64,000 nt of DNA, from the NCBI RefSeq assembly GCF_009914755.1, contig NC_060925.1. One strand, 5' to 3'. The notes below the pieces were generated by a model. That model was not told the origin of the DNA, did not search any database, and saw nothing but the letters and a program-made list of their open reading frames with translations. Positions 63,296-64,000 of this stretch are shown in pieces. Source of the stretch: the human T2T-CHM13v2.0 reference genome, Homo sapiens. Position numbers and translations under genes: made by a program. The first letter of the stretch is position 1, and the number at the start of each line of letters is the position of its first letter.

Positions 63296-64000
63296 GTTCT
63301 ATAATCTTGAAATACTGATGACTAACTGATAATTGTAGTGAATATTTCTAAAATAATTCCCTGACACTTAAGTTACACCAACCATAAGTGAATAGGATAA
63401 CATTAATTGACACTAAAACAACTATGAACACCCTCTTTATACTAATGCCCTTACTCTTGATCACATTTATTCTTTTTAGGCTAAAGAGAATGGGTCAATT
63501 TTTCACTCTATTTTTAGTGTTTGATTTCAGCTTGATAAAATACTTAAATGTGTATTCCAAGTGAAAAATGAGGTTGTTAAAGGTTAATGCTTTGGTGCTT
63601 TTAATAACTATCGGTGCCACTTCTGCATCTTGTCAAAATGATACAATTTTATTTTGGCAGGACCCAGAAGAATTCCTAACAAAGAATTACTTGATTTAAT
63701 TAAAAAACAAGAAAGAGCAACCATCCTTCTCCATAGATAGTCTTTAAAATACCCATTCTAATTCTAGAACTAATATAAAGAGGAGTGCCAAATAGTCATA
63801 AACACTGCATTAAAAATGTGAATAACTTTTTACCCTTGCAATTAGAGCCCGAGCTGTTCTGTCAGTGCCCCATTACACAAAACAGACTGGCAACGACAAT
63901 GAAACAGTCTCCACATATGATGTGTATTTCTATAATATTATATCAAACATATGATTGTTTGGAGAAAGGGGGATATAATGAAAAAAAGTCTTAGAGTTTT

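Overview
Hominid (great-ape or human-like) genomic DNA, not prokaryotic. I recognise it as the CSDE1-SIKE1 locus (human 1p13.2). The window holds CSDE1 intron 1, non-coding exon 1 and promoter (minus strand, to about 7.5 kb). It also holds the complete five-exon SIKE1 coding sequence (minus strand, 23696-30033, 207 aa; 211 aa with an alternative donor). The rest is repeat-dense: about 30 Alus, a complete THE1 provirus, MLT1/MSTA/MER4 LTRs, two L1PA 3' fragments, a full-length decayed L1PA nested in an ERV1-like element, and two full-length SVAs. Nearly all ORF-track entries are repeat-derived. I found no new protein-coding system. The notable structure comes from target-site duplications (TSDs). 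Three insertions clearly, and a fourth possibly, carry 3'-transduced foreign DNA inside their TSDs. Both SVAs have an extra 5' G. The ERV-like element upstream of SIKE1 has about 110-bp inverted termini inside a 4-bp TSD. Gene and repeat-family names are from memory, not from a database search.
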